From contig OZ260661.1 of the NCBI GenBank assembly GCA_965285935.1, positions 116,312,001 to 116,376,000 on the forward strand: a stretch of DNA of 64,000 bases, in the 5' to 3' direction. Of the stretch, positions 30,084 to 45,000 are shown one piece after another. Under the pieces are notes generated by a model. The model did not search any database. It was not told the DNA's origin and was given only the letters and a program-made list of their open reading frames with translations. Each line of letters opens with the position of its first letter. The first letter of the stretch is position 1. This DNA comes from Ophelia neglecta. Its lineage: Eukaryota. A program made the translations under genes and the position numbers.

Positions 30084-33000
30084 GTGGGTGAAACTTAATG
30101 AATTCTATGTAATATCTTGAGTAATATTAGTTTAAATTTCCACCATCCATAGCCTTTAATACCACAGATTGTCTGATATGTTACCAGGCTAATATACACA
30201 TGTACCTAGATTATTATGCTTTTTCCCTCAAGTACATTTATACAAGGTTTAAATTTCAATTCAGTTTGAAATTTGTGCAAAACTGTTTTTTTAGATTGCT
30301 ATGCCCTTTAAATACTACCATATAAAAACATGTAATTGTTTGTGGCCATCATGGTGCATATTCAATGATCAAAAATTGATACTTTAAGTCTTACTGTCAC
30401 TTAAAATCAAGGCAACAATTGCAGTTTAGGAGTTTCCTCTCTGGTATTTAAATGAACCTGGGCAATGCTTACATGTTAACAATGGTGAAAGAATATGTAT
30501 GGACAAGAAAAATGTTATTGTCACTTCTATTATGCATGAGTTTATCAAATCTAGCTTCTAAATTTGCTTGTGACGACTGTAAATGTCATCACCTGCCACC
30601 GGACAAGGTTTTATTGTTGCAGTAAAATATACTGTGTCATAAATTCCCCTAACAAGCCCTTCCATTACAATATTGTGAACAGAAAAATAGAATAGGGTAG
30701 TCTTTAATATAATGCAGGGTCCATTTTTTCAACCAGGATTTAGAATTATAATTTGTGCAAGGTGTATGTATGGCTATAAAAAATTTAATTAAACACTTTT
30801 TCTTCCCCTTTTACTGCTGGTTTCTGTTTGCTAATGCAAAATTTAGTCTTCAGGCTCTGGGCTCAGGCCTGTTGGATTTCTGAACCACAGCTTGGCTGTT
30901 TTGTGACGCAGGCAGTGTATGGCCCTTTCAGCTTGGGGGCACCTATTCCCCTCAGCAGCTGATCATGTGATACCTGAGGGGCAATGAGCTATTCCTAGGA
31001 AGTGCTCAAATAAATCAGTGGATATAACCATATTTTGCAAAATGTTTTCACACATCATAATGTTTTTTTTTTCAAACACAAAGGAACAAGGTCCTGCAGA
31101 AATTATGGGAGCTGCAGATACGCAAGCAGAAATGTCTGTTCATGTACCGTATAGCCCTTTGTACTAACCGCAAAATATTCAGGTTTCAGATCAATAAAAG
31201 CTGCAAATATCCTCGCCAGACAGGGGGTGCGGTTTAATCAAAGGGATTTTGTTGGGTCAAGTCAAAAATATGTTGAATTACGAAGCTCAAAACGGCCAGA
31301 TTCCAGTGAGTGATAATATAGGATGATAAGGCTAGAGTCGACTTGGTAGGGGGGGGGGGGCGCTGGTGGCCGGCCGGGGTGAAGGTGTGGGCTCCCTCCG
31401 TCATCCACGTAGCCCACAGAGCCCAGTAACGATCCTTGAAGGGCTTGTTGATGGCCACGTCTTACGGATGCAGGATCGAAGTGAGGCCACCTGGAATGAC
31501 AGCCATGTCGACTTTCCTTCGTGCTAGCTCTGCCTTCACGGCGTCTGTCAGATGAGCGCGGAAGGAGTCCCAGACTAGGAGCTTCCTAGCCGAGCCCGGG
31601 GCGGGAAGTGGGAAGGCGGCTCTCATCCACTCGAGGCAGCCGAGCTTCCTCTTTCCCTTGAATATGGCGTGGGGAGTTAGCTTAGATCCTTCGGCAGCAC
31701 AGGCGAGGACAACGGTGAAACCACGTTTCTCCGCACCGTTGGTTCTGATGGGCACTGTCTTATCTCCCTTCTTGTGTAATGTCCACTCCATCGGCAGATC
31801 AAACTTGAGTGGAGTTTCGTCCATGTTAACGATGTCAGACAGGGCGTACTGTCCATTGAAATTATGGTTAAAATATCAACACACACAATATACGTATACT
31901 ACGACTGATGGCAGTAAATTATGTTAATGCAGGGGTAGGTAACCATGGCCATGTATGCAAATTAGAGAGGTCACTATGATACACAGTGGGTAACCATGGT
32001 CATGTATGCAAATTAGGGAGGTTACTATGATACGTCACAAGCATCATCATCGATGTTATTACCGTTCTATTCTCATAATAAACCGCAATATGATTGTATG
32101 TAAACAACAGCTGTAATGGTTTGTCGTTTTAAATAGTTTTCTTTTGATGACTTCAGTACAGAGTTTGTTCCTCTCATCCCTTTGATCGTAAACGGTTACA
32201 TTTTGAAATGTGCAAAATCTTTGGCCAGGGCCAGAATCGCAATCAACAAGTTAACAAAATGACACCTCTTTGATTTGTGTTATCAGAGATCATCTAAGTA
32301 CCAAGAGTGCAAAACAGGTGTGGTGGTTAGACAAATCTGTGAAAGCCAATTGGTGTCAGATCTCCTGAGCACAAATGTGACACCTTTAATTTTGCCGCTG
32401 TTCTAGATGAAATGCCTCTCGGAATTGAGGTTACTAACAATTTTTTTATAATGCGGTTTATTGTAAGGGTTTTTCTTGGGATGTTTCAGGGCAGGAAAAA
32501 AGGTTTTAAAGGCCCGTACAATGGGGGTGCGGTTTATTCAAGATGGCGGTTAGTACAAAGGGTTTTACGGTATGTGTGGTTACAGTGAGGCAGAAAAGTC
32601 ACATTGTGGGGTCCAAGTATTAAGATAGAATTTTCTGACATGTAGATATACAATGTATGTGAACATAATACATTTATAGAGGTACATTACCCTTAAAATG
32701 TTTAATTGACATTTTGCTGTTTTAAGAATCATAACATATCATTTGAATATATAAACATATTTATCATTGCTATTCAGAGAGATAGAAAGTCTAAAGGAGG
32801 CAGCCTATTTAGTGGCCAGATTAATTGGATTAAGGCTATTCAAGTTAATGAGAAAACCTGACTTTATGTAATTTGTGGTACAAACCTATTTCTGCTATTG
32901 ACATGCTTAGTTTCCTCATATCATTTAAGATATGTAAAATGCCAATTCCAAAATAAATACAACATGTTACCTACTGGTAATGGTATGCAAACAAGAACCT

Positions 33001-36000
33001 AAAAACAATGAGGTTACCAGTAAAAAAAATGACATAAATATCTATTTGTCTGCCGGGTTTTCATGGTAACCATATGCATTACACATCCTTTCCAGAATAG
33101 TTTCTGCTAGGGGCAAAAAACTATACAATTCATTACTGTTATATATCATGGCTTTTGAAGAATTATAGTTTAGTTAAGATACTATCATAGTAAACATGGC
33201 AACCATGGTACATAAAACCTACAACCAATTAGAAATTGCCAAATTTGCTTCAGGTAAAAATTTTTATGGGTTTCCATAATTTTGTGATTATGTTAATATT
33301 TTTGGATATTCTTGCCAAAATTTCATCTGACACCTTAAAAGAAATTTACAGATTACATTCAATTTTTATAGAAAAAACATATTTTTTTCTCTGATATACT
33401 AGAGCCATTATGATTCATTTCAGAACATTTTTTTTTCACTGAATGGCTTTAAAGGAATACCAGTTAGTCCAAAAGTCTTATTACACTTGTGTATCTGTCC
33501 CTTATCTGAAGATGGGGAGGTATAATTTTCTCCAGGTTTGCAGGATATTGTCAGGGGTGTGAGATATTTTTCCAAATGACTGGTGAATTATTTATAAACC
33601 AGTGTTTACTACACATGTGCATGGACATGCACTTCCGGTACTTTGTGTTGTAAGTGGCTGTCACAGGTGGTTGTCTCAGCTAAGTGTCATGAACTATGCC
33701 AAAAATACACCCTGAATTATGGTACATGTGTTGGGTCTGACGTGTAAGGATAGCAATATGAACAAACCTACTAAATCAGTGATTGTCTCCCTAGTAAATA
33801 AAGGTATTGCATGTACATGCAGGCATGTCTGATAATTTGCCTGATCAATAATTATTTCCTAGTAATTTGTAAGTCCTCTCCCGAGTACCCTCTCTGGGCA
33901 GAATTAACGGCCAATCCTGAATGGCTGTTGGCCGAGAGACAGATGTCCAGGCTAATTGCGCCCTTCAACAACGACTTTACATTATCAGCTGACCTCTCAC
34001 TGGCAATGTGATATGATCAAAGGAAAATAGGTATTTGTCTCATGGCAATATTGTCAGAGCTGAAACATGCAAGACTATAAAAAGGACATAGTCTGAGTTA
34101 ATGAGTCTTTCTTCAAACCAGAAAAATGTAACAATTGGTTGTTAATACTCCACGTGATAGTAGTCAGACTTTATTTACTTGGGCCAATGCCTGCTCGCAG
34201 CTGCTAGTCTTAATGCCATGTGGGTGTAAACTTACATGTACATAACCCTGTTCCATAGTGTACAAAAGGTAACTGATATACAAAAATGTACATATTTGTG
34301 ATCGCCAGTTTATTTCAGGAAGTACACCATGCCTTAAATTTTTTTATTTATTATTTCAGGACTAAACGCCTGGAACTCTCGTATAGCGGAGGTTAGAAAG
34401 GGACATCATGTTTAGGGAATATGATGTCACTTTCTAATCTCAATGATGCAAGAGTTCCTGTCACTTTTTAGTAAATTCTAAATTATTGTGTGTTAGTTCT
34501 ATACATTTTGCTTCAGTTTTATGTCAGCATCAGACTCGGTAATAATGAGCTTTATAAGAACACCCCAGTCATGTACATGTATTATACCCCTAGTAAAAAT
34601 AGGCCAGACACTTTTCATTTGTATATGGAAGTCAGGATATAAGGAACAAATGATTGAAAGGCTCCCCCCCCCCCTGAAAAATCTCCAAGAAAGCCTTAAG
34701 AATAGACCACATTTGGGGTTCTGAGAGTACAAGTGTTAAAACTGTGGCAAAATAGCCTGTGTTGAGGTCCAAGGTCAAGCTTTAAAAACTGTTAACAAAT
34801 GGATTATACCTCTTGAATGCCTGATGTAAGGGACGCTAGTGAAATTTTATTCATCCAAAGAAAGAGACTCCTTTTCAGTGCATTCTTGTGCCCCACTATA
34901 TCTGAAGGAGGCCTCATTCCTTGATCAGTTATGTTAACAAGGTGTACATGTCACGTCCAGCGACTGACGAGGCTTCAGTACCCTGGTAGAGGGTGGATCT
35001 GAGTCTTCCTCTGACATCTTCTCTGTTTAATTGTGGTCAGAACTTCAGAAGGTGACATCTGCTAACCAGCTAATAACCCTGGTGATCTGTTTGATCTGTT
35101 CACATGACACCCATGACATAGGAGCTCACCCAGCATGCCAGTGCCCTCTACCTGTAAAAAATATCAAAAACCTAGCCTAGCACCTCCCTCATTGACTGAG
35201 CTGGTATTTTTGTGTTTTCTTCATGCTCTCGGTGTAGTTTTGTTAATATGAACATAAATGCTGATGTGTTGATCAATTTGAATGCTCCTTTTTATTTGTT
35301 TATGGTGTACAATCACGTAATCTGGCGATAAAATTTGATAGCTCCATCCAATATTTGTGCCAAACACAGATTGTGTATTGTATGAAACATGTAAAGCACT
35401 AATACCAATAATGAATGAGATGGATGATGAGGACTTAGCAGCTGGTATAAAATCTTGAAATGACAAATGAAGATGAGTGGGTTTCTGACCAGAGGATAGA
35501 AGCTGACTGGGAGTTAGGTGAAGGGAGTGACAGACAAATACATTGTTAAGCTTCCGGTTGACATCAAATGGACTCGCAGCAATGCGTCTTGCCAGATAGG
35601 CCATCAGCCGCATGGAAAGTAGATCCTCGAGAAAATCCCACTGGCCGTGGCAAGTTTACAACAGGAAATAACCCACTGAATGATTTATAGGCTTGGCCTT
35701 TCAGGCAAAAAAAACAGGGCAATGTATTGTGGGTGATATTTTTGAGTGTGTTGTCACAAGTGGGAGCAGACGGTGAGTAACAACATACCTGCCAGTGCCA
35801 TTTTGATATTACTGTAAGCACAGAAGCATACAAGACAAAAGTGCAATGCCACATTTAATTCTTTCTTTACAGTATACTTGTGCTAAGCCTTAAAAAACAC
35901 TAGCTTCCGGCTTAATTTCCAGGCTGGTGGTTTCATTCAAGTTTAATTTTTTTAATTACACCGGCTGATTGTGGCAACAATTGTAATGTATGTTTGGTTA

Positions 36001-39000
36001 GGTATGGTTACTTAATTAATAAATAACTATCCAGTATTTTCAACTGACTTTTGAAGATACAGTTGTTTGCTAAATAGAAGGAAATATTTATTCCATCATT
36101 GGCCTTCAGCAATGGTGCCTGAACCATTTTTATTTTGAAATGAAGTGGATGATGATCACCTGCTTATTGACGTGCAGGTGGTTATATGAATCTGTCATGT
36201 CTACATGTAAATCTACAAATTATTTTAGATTGAATTAACAAAATAGTTTTGAAGCACATTTTGTTTACAAACTATTAAGATATACCATTGTCTAAATTGT
36301 ACCCTGAGACAGAAACTTGTCTGTTTCTTGTGGTACAGACAGGGAGTAGGCACACCTTGGTGAATCATGTAAGCTATATAATATACACACTGCTTTCACG
36401 TATTTTACCATTTTACCTTTGATCCCCTTCAGTTCCTGCCATCTAACCTCCATTTGTTTGCTGCTAAAAAAAACCTAGCAACCTAATGGCTTGCCGCCAT
36501 CTGTGGGGACCTTACAAATAAACTTCACTTGTATGATCCATTTGGCCTCCTACAAGTCCTAATATTTGAGTGCACCTCTGAGATCAATGAGAGAGCAGGG
36601 TAATCAGTCAAATACTAGAGAGTGGCTTGAAGATGAATATCATCTACTAGAGCATTAGTCTACCAGCTAAACCCTGTCATCCGGTCAGCCAGCCAACTTA
36701 TACATTATTCAGCACTATTTTTTACCAGTCAGCTGTGCTCAAGGCACATCGTGCAGGGGACAGTTACAATTAGCAGCAACTCATTTCCAGGAAAACAATA
36801 TGGGGATGTTTAGTCTATACAATATAACATTGTGTCTTTAGCTTACATCTCAGTTGAAATCAAATACCATCTGCAGTGTTCGTGCAAGCTCTTTTAAAAA
36901 TGGGTACAACAAGAATATTTCATGTTGTTGCATCCCAGTGCATACAGAGGCAAAATTATATACTATAATACCTACATATACATATGGCATAAAATACAGT
37001 TATTGACCTGATTGTAACTAACATTTCCAAGTAGAACTTGTCATCGCCAACAAAAGGTTAAGCTAGTCCTAAAGTGTGTGGTGTAAACATATAGAGAGCC
37101 ATACAGCCTAGATGTATATATAAGTATATACACTGTAACATTTTCTTTCCCTTTGTATACCCTGCATTATTCTTATAATTAAAACATTTACCTGTTGTAC
37201 CGCTCCGGATAGTGGAGGCAAAATAAACATATATAGGTATATAACACACATCCTATTAAAACCTTGGCCTTTATATGGCCATTCTGAAGTGCAAAAACAT
37301 TGTGTTCCAGACTGCCTTGCTCGTGAACACCTTGAGAGCCGTAGTTGCTCCCTTTCTTAATCCTGTTGATGATAGGAAGTTAGGCGGCGACTGCATGGCA
37401 TTGGAGTGGCCTCACTTTAAGCACTGATTGCTGCCTCACTCTTTCAGGAATTTAATTACATGCTTATTTCTGGTCCCGCTTGGAAATGGTTTGCGCAATA
37501 ATGTAAAAATTTGAACAGAACTTGACGAAACCTAATATAATGTAGGGGACCAGAAATATTACTCAGAGAACTCATATTTATTTTGCTTCCTGTATGTATC
37601 GCCACATATATATCACAAGGTCCCACTTGTCCAGATTTTGGGATGAGATGCTCTTTGTACTGCAGACTTTATTTGATGATATGCCTGCTCCATCACACAA
37701 TGCTTATATTGATCTGGTCAATAGTAAAATGTGATAGACACCAACAAAAAGAGGCCATGACCCCCATAAGAGCAGGACTCACACCTTTCACCTTTGCTCA
37801 AGGCAGGCATGTCTTGCTATATTGATATCCACTGCCACAGAGTAAATTGGAGACTTCATTTTGCTCTTCATCATTGCTGGGGAATTTCAATTTCTGCTGA
37901 CCTAATTATGCAGTCCCACCCCGAGTAGTATTCATGCCTGTCGTGTGCCCTGCCACTATGATTATAGAGTAAATCTGTTCTGGATATTGCAGTTGCCACT
38001 TTGGATAATGTCATGCTAGGCACAATACTTTATGATGCATAATTTGTCTGCCATGGTTACTGTAGGCCATGAGACCTTCTTAGCCTCCCAAGCCATATGT
38101 CATATATCAGGCTCAACGGATTATACCAGTGGCAAATAGCTAGCTGGTAAAGGGCGACGGGGATAATACAAATGCACCACACCTTCAGAGTTATGTAAAT
38201 GCTTATTGGTAAATCCCTGCAGACTGGTAACTATCATGGTAGACTGGGTATCCGATGGAACACCGGTAGGTTGTGGGAATAAAATAAAATAAAGCACCAA
38301 TCAGTTGTTCAAGAGATAATGCAAAGTTAAATTTCTTATCTAGTTAATAAATATGCTATTTGCGGACCTTCATTCAATGTTTCACTTGCAATAATATCAC
38401 TGCAGTTCTTTAATTTTATCCAATTAAATATGTTTAAATAAAATATTAAAATAAAAACTAGTCTATGCTGGACTGCTGTCTCTCAGTGGACCAATACAAA
38501 AAATGTCCAAAACCATCCAAATTGTGTCAGAGCTGTGCAATTTATCTATATGCACATACATGTACATGTATAGAAAAAAATACTTTTCTTTTGATTTTCA
38601 TTTTAAGAATACGAGTTACATGTAAATATTAGATATCAGCCACACAAGGTGTGGAAAGATACATACTGTATGCCACCCCTATCACTTATATCCCCACCCC
38701 CTCATGTACATGTATATGGGATATTTTGACATCCTTAACTTGCTGTTCTCCAAGTCCCTGGCAGATATACTGCCTGCACCATCCCTTCACTCAGGCCAGC
38801 CCCCTTAGGGTGTCAAAAGAGTGATCACTCGCTCCACATGGCTTGCTTTGTGGTAATCAGTAAGCTATCCCAATTGTGTTGAGCTGGCCTATGAGCAATG
38901 ATGTGTCATTTATCATATCACTGGATGGCATGAGATGATATCAAGCTTCCAGCTTGGCCCCCCTAGACTCTCGATCAGAAGGCAAAGCACATACTATATC

Positions 39001-42000
39001 ATCCTCAATGCCCTTGGAAACTGTTGTATCTGCATAAAGTCCTGTTGGGCACTTTTCCTTTCAGCAGTGGCCACACAGGGTCTCTCGGAGACAGCTGTAA
39101 AGAGGGCACTTAGGATGTGTACTTGCCTTGATTCTGTTAATTGGGCTCCTGTTAGAGCACTAGCCTCTCGGGTGTCTTAGTCCACTTAACTCTAAGCCGG
39201 AGTAGGTCCACCTAGCCTGCTTTGACTCATCCTCACTCGGGAGAATCCTCATTGGAATAGGAATCGAATTGTATACATGTAAAATGTCTTAAGTAGTATA
39301 ACTATTTAATACATTAATTTTGGTTTCGGTTAACCTGGTTACAATCACTCTTAAACAGCCTCCACCCCTCGGCACCTCCACTCTTAACTTACCATTATCT
39401 CTGTAATGAGCCCCCAGGGCTCCTAAATATTTATCTGCCTTAATTTTATACTTTAAACCCCCAAACACAGTGAAAAGTGTCAAAATGGAAAGATTTTGAT
39501 AGAAAATGGGAGGGTGAGCATTTAATAAGGCATGGGGGCTTATTACATAGAATACAAGATTGAAAAAGGTGTTAGCCAGGGGCTGCAAATAACTTGATCA
39601 TTCTCGAAACTCATCAAAAGCTTAACTTGTGGGACGGGAGGAGAGTTTGGGGGCCTTGGGGAATGGCTGTTTGCTTCATTTGATGCCGGAGGAGTGAGAG
39701 GGATCACATTTTAACCTATGAAGTGACAGTTATATATATTTAAATATATAATATGTAGTATCACTGGTAACTGTAAATATATGGCTCCAAACCTACTTGA
39801 GTCTGAGGTGAAAGAGGTCGTTTGTAAGTTGCAAATGTCCCCAACAGGTCATTGAAACTCTAAAACATAGATATAATCACTTCAGAGAGGAAATTTGACA
39901 TCTGCCTTAAATTACTTCAGGAATTGACTGCATTGAAGATAAAAACATAGCTCTTTTCTTAATGTTATTTGATAGTTTGTTAACAGATGTCACCTTGACT
40001 CATTATTATCAACAGCAGAATTCTTTTTTATAATAAACTTTCTCCTCAATTTTCCTGTGCCAATTGTGATATTGCTAATTGCCACAAACCTAAGGGTTTG
40101 GAGTAATGTACGTGTCAATATGTCTGAATTTCTGTCATTGTTCTTTTTCATTGGTGATGCTGACCAAATGTTATTTTGTGATACATTCATCCAAAGGATA
40201 ACTTTGGTACTACATGAACCACTTAGTGAAGTTGAAATAGTGGCAGATGATAATATTTGCATTTTTAGCTTCAAACCATATTGTTGGGCACTTATTTTTG
40301 AACACCCAGGAATGGCAATAAAATTAAAATGTGTGCAGATATTGCTTAGGACGTTTCAAATTAGGCAATTTTTATATACTTAGTCACTACACGTAATATT
40401 TGCCGTGAATGTGTACTGCTACACCTCTGGCATGGTGTATCCAGTTTATATCCAGTCTGGTACAGAAAAAAAAACCTCTTTTAATAATGTGTATGATAGA
40501 CAGACAAGCTCAGATATAACCAGCTGAACACTGCTAATGATAATTTGACAACTTACTTTTTTTCTGCTTTCCAGTAAAACATTGGTGAGATTCTATTTAA
40601 GCAAGTTTTAACTGACATTATTGGATGGTTACATTTTGCCGATGGAGTGCTCCTGGACATTTTACTTAATAAAACCCTCACAGACTTTTCAATTTCTACA
40701 ATATTCTGAATGTTTGAAACAAGGTGATTGAAGTTATCCATTTTCATAGTTTTACATTTTGTTAGTAACGAAGGAATGCAATTAACAGAGTGAGATATTG
40801 AGACAATTTTCTAAACTTTCAGGTCTCTCTCAAACTGCAATGAATAGTGTTTAACAAAATTTTTTAAATATTGTTTAAACATTATTTGTGAAAGTCAGCA
40901 GGCATTGCCCTGCTTTTTGATATTATTATATAATAACTAATATGTTTTGTCAATTTTTACAAACAGGACAATAAAAATGCCTTATTTAATGGCTTCTTTG
41001 AGAGTGGTACCTGCTGTAACCACACTTTATAATTACAGTGGGTGTGAAGAGGGAACAAAAAGTCTTGACAGAACTGTACATTATGGTTTATGTCAATACA
41101 AATTACATATTGATCTAAAGCAAAACCACTCGGATCATTACGAACAAATATTAATGAGGTGTCATATTCATTTTACCTTGTAATCAAGTAAAGCGCTTCA
41201 TTTTTGGTTCACATTGTGTTATTGGGTGATAATGACATCTGTGTATGTTTTTTGCCATCAAACATAAAAAAAGTGATGATTTTTTGTTATGTGGGATATA
41301 TCTAGGAAATGCACTGCATGTAATATTTATTTCAAATTGTTGAAACAGAATAGTAGGCGAAAAGGGAGCCACAAATGGGTAAGTCTTGTACCTACCAGGG
41401 TCTAACGAGGTCTCAGTAATATTAAATAAACTATTAAATAACAATTTAACTTTTAACATTACTCTCTTTATGGCCATATGTATATAAACTATGCTTATTT
41501 GATATTAAACAGGTGCTAACAAAATATGCTGACATATAGTAAATTAGTTTGGAGTTGCTAACCATAAAATAAAAAATACTGTGATAAGACTGCTTGTGTG
41601 GTGGGTTTATAGGCAATCTCTTGTGTCTGCAGCACTCTGACAATCTACAGAACGAGCATTGTAAATAACACTAGACAGTTACTCCCAGTTTACTCTCAAT
41701 AGTCTCTTCAGGAAACATTTAATCATGTATAGTAGTACTACCAATCATAACACAAGGCCAGTAACCTCATCATCTTCTGACATATTGGAGTAGAAAGAGA
41801 AAACAATAACCAAGTTCTTGGTAAATGTTCAATCCTCGGCACTAGATGGACATGCACAATTTGGCTTTATGCTAACTTATCCCCTGCCTAAACATTAACA
41901 ATTTGTAACATCGACCAATGAGTTAATTGGTTAAGTAGCACTGATCTATGAATATTTAATGTATCAAATAATGTCAGATATTAAAAACTGTGAACTGCCT

Positions 42001-45000
42001 GCCACAATCTTGTTTTGGTTCACAGTAGACAGAGAAAAAGTAATTGAGTATTTATAGTACATGTGAGTCAAAGTGCAAAGATCTGAGATTATGAATTTCA
42101 ATTTGACCTCTTTTCAAGGTCAATTTCGAGAAAATGGGCTTTTCAACACAACATATTTTTGTTTAACATTGCTAGAAAGGCTTAAAAAATGTGTAGACCG
42201 CCAATAACAAGTGCTTCATGTACAAGTACCGGTATGTAAGAATTCTAAAGAGGACTTTAAAATTGACCGTTAGCTGTTACTCAACTTTGTGGCCTCAATA
42301 TTCAATCATTCATTCATTCTTACATTCATTCATATGTTCACAGTCATATTGCACAGAATTTCTACTTTGCACATGCTTAGCTTTTAAATAGTAGGCAAAA
42401 ATCTCTTTAGTGTGTTCTTTGATGTACAATCTGCCCCCTTCACCTGTTGTCATATCCAGGGGACAGGTCACAGACATACATGTTCCTTATCTAATCCAAT
42501 CTCATTCCTTCATATAATTAAAAATCCCATTTTGATATGAGTCTCCTTTGAGTGAAATTATTACAAGAACTACATTGACTCTTAAAACTCTTCTTTGTTG
42601 AAACACCTTGAAACCCATGAATATGGTGTTAATACTGTTTGACCATATAGCAAGCCACAGGCCTTGTACACAGTCATCTGACAACATCAGTGACGCTTAG
42701 TATTGTGGTACATGTTGGTGGAGTAGGTATATCCCCCAACCCCCCGCCACTTTCCAAATATATAATTCTATGCATTATCATTAATGTAGTATTTGGTCTC
42801 TGACCCTATTTTCTTTAACCTGCTCTAACTTTAAGTTTGAGGTATTATATTTGCTCCATGTTTGCTTGCAGGACTCCAGATTAAGAGACACAGTTAACAT
42901 GGGAGCTCAGGATGTGGCTCTCGAAGACAAGATGGTCACCATTGTTTATGGCACAGACATGATCAACCTCAGCTTCTGTAACTTTGCAGCCACCTCAGCA
43001 GAATCAGCAAAGGTCAGTTCTCTTTCCTGTCTTCTCTTTTACCACTCAGAACTTCAGACTAGTGTCATGCCAACCTTTAAGGTAGACTTGACTATATAAA
43101 TTCCAAATGTCATTTGTTACTCTTTGACACTGCATACTCAATGTCATAGCCTGAATAGTGGGCGGCTGTTTGAGCATTGGGCTTGGACTTCTACTGTCAG
43201 AATTACTCACAAACTGTAAACTGTAGGAATACTGTAGTGCCAGACATATCTCAGGCGTCTGTGTTTGCTTGAAGTTCCAGCAGTCTCACAGTAATAAGGT
43301 CTAAGCTATGTACATGTCTGGTCCTGTGATAGGGGTAGGCTTGTGGCTGTTAAATAGACCTTTGGACAGTGATCAGTGACAAATATTCAATCACATAGTG
43401 CCTAAAGTACCCCAGTGTCTTCTGGTGGCCTAATGGTGCAGAATGGACATGTAAAACCAATTGACCATCGATCTTTTTGTGGGGGGGGGGGGGGGGGTAA
43501 GTTCCATTTTGATAATATACAGAGATGTGCTGCTTACATGATTTAATTTTTCAGAGCCAGGATATATATGTATGGTAACCATTTTCAGAAATCCTTGTGA
43601 AAGGAGGATATTACATATTAATGCTAAAGATACTTAGTCAGATACAATGTGCATGGGAGGGATACATGTATGCAAGAAAATTAATAGTGAATTTGATTTG
43701 GACATATACATCTTTTTAATAATCAAAATGTGTAAATTGTATGTTTTTTCAATGTCTGGTAGTAATAAGATAAGTTCTTTTAAGACATACCCATCGTCCT
43801 GACTGCTAATAGAAAAACATTTGTGAGGAATCTACTCATGGCTTGAATTTGAACTTTACCCCCTTTTCCAATGTAAAATTGGTAACAAATTACTCCTGAA
43901 CTCCTTCTTTTAGTTCAGAAGTATTAGATGGATGTATAGAAAAAAATTGACCATTTAAGTTTCTTTTTTTAACTGCTTTGCAGTCCGTTTTTGTCAAATT
44001 GATATGTGTTTTTCATCAGGTTTGTCGGAAAGAAAGTCACTCTAAATATCAAATGAAAAAGCTCGTTAATTGTTGTTTGCACTTATAAATGTCACTTGTT
44101 TGTTCTCTTCAGATATGGACAGATGAACTTTTCAGATATGCTACAAATTTACTGGCATTGAATGCCAGTCCACTGGCATTCCTGGAAAAATCCTACACCA
44201 AACTCTCTCTTATTACCAACACCGAAGGAAAAATACCAGTTAAAAAGTAAACACTACTTACACTAGTTCCTCTACTATCAAAACACTACTATGTTTATGT
44301 CATTGATATTGTTTTCTAACCTAATCATGTGAAATTCATATACATGAAATAGATAAACAATAAGGTACTGTAATAAAGATGTGATATTCTAGAGCAGAAC
44401 TCTTTGGATAAAGTCTAAGTAGGCAGTAGTGACATGACACCATTTCTGTTCATTTCTGATTCCCAGTATACAGAAGCTGTATGCACAGCATAAAGATGAC
44501 AAAAAACGAATAGAAAAGGCGCTCGAAGCTAGTCAGTTACCCTCAGGAAAGGTGAGGTGGTGTTATTTGTGTTTGCATGATCTTTAGTATATAATTTATC
44601 TTCTTCTATGCTGTGTTATTCAATAAACTGTTGATCATGCATCTTGCTATATAAAAGGAATTAAAAGCAGGCTTAAGAAATGCCCTTAAATATGACCTCA
44701 TCTATTTTTCCACAGGTTTTTTGTGTGTGTGAACTTGTCTAGTGAAGTTGGTAAAAATGCATTGATTTGTTTATTGCAGAATGATTTAATTCATCCTTCC
44801 AAGTTCACATTTGAAGTCTTCATGAGATTTTATCGCAATCTCTGTGGAAGGAATGAAGTTGACAGAATATTCCACCAGCTGTGAGTGTTTCTACTGTTTA
44901 TGACTTTCAGTTTTACTCTCTGATCCATGGAAATTTGTATTGATCCTGTGAGCTGGGCAACAATAAATAAAGCCAAGCCTTCTCCCATAATCACCCAGCT

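Larger units (their letters stand above)
31147..32570 (-). mobile_element. Defective pogo-superfamily (Tc1/mariner) DNA transposon, DD35D type, CCGTA-ended TIRs, TA TSD
   Basis: 25-bp TIRs ccgtatagccctttgtactaaccgc / revcomp ccgtaaaaccctttgtactaaccgc (23/25), flanked by TA on both sides; internal transposase remnant. Confidence 0.92.

Noticed and set aside
34360-34391. 32-nt exon-like segment in the 12.8-kb intron
   Set aside because: Gives an immediate stop in the required phase 0 and has no other support.
39990-40750. Cluster of 60-108 aa ORFs, possibly an endonuclease remnant
   Set aside because: No recognisable motif in any frame.
43555-43569. Possible 15-nt phase-0 microexon (SQDIY)
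   Set aside because: Weak donor context, and it would interrupt the PH C-terminal helix; indistinguishable from chance.
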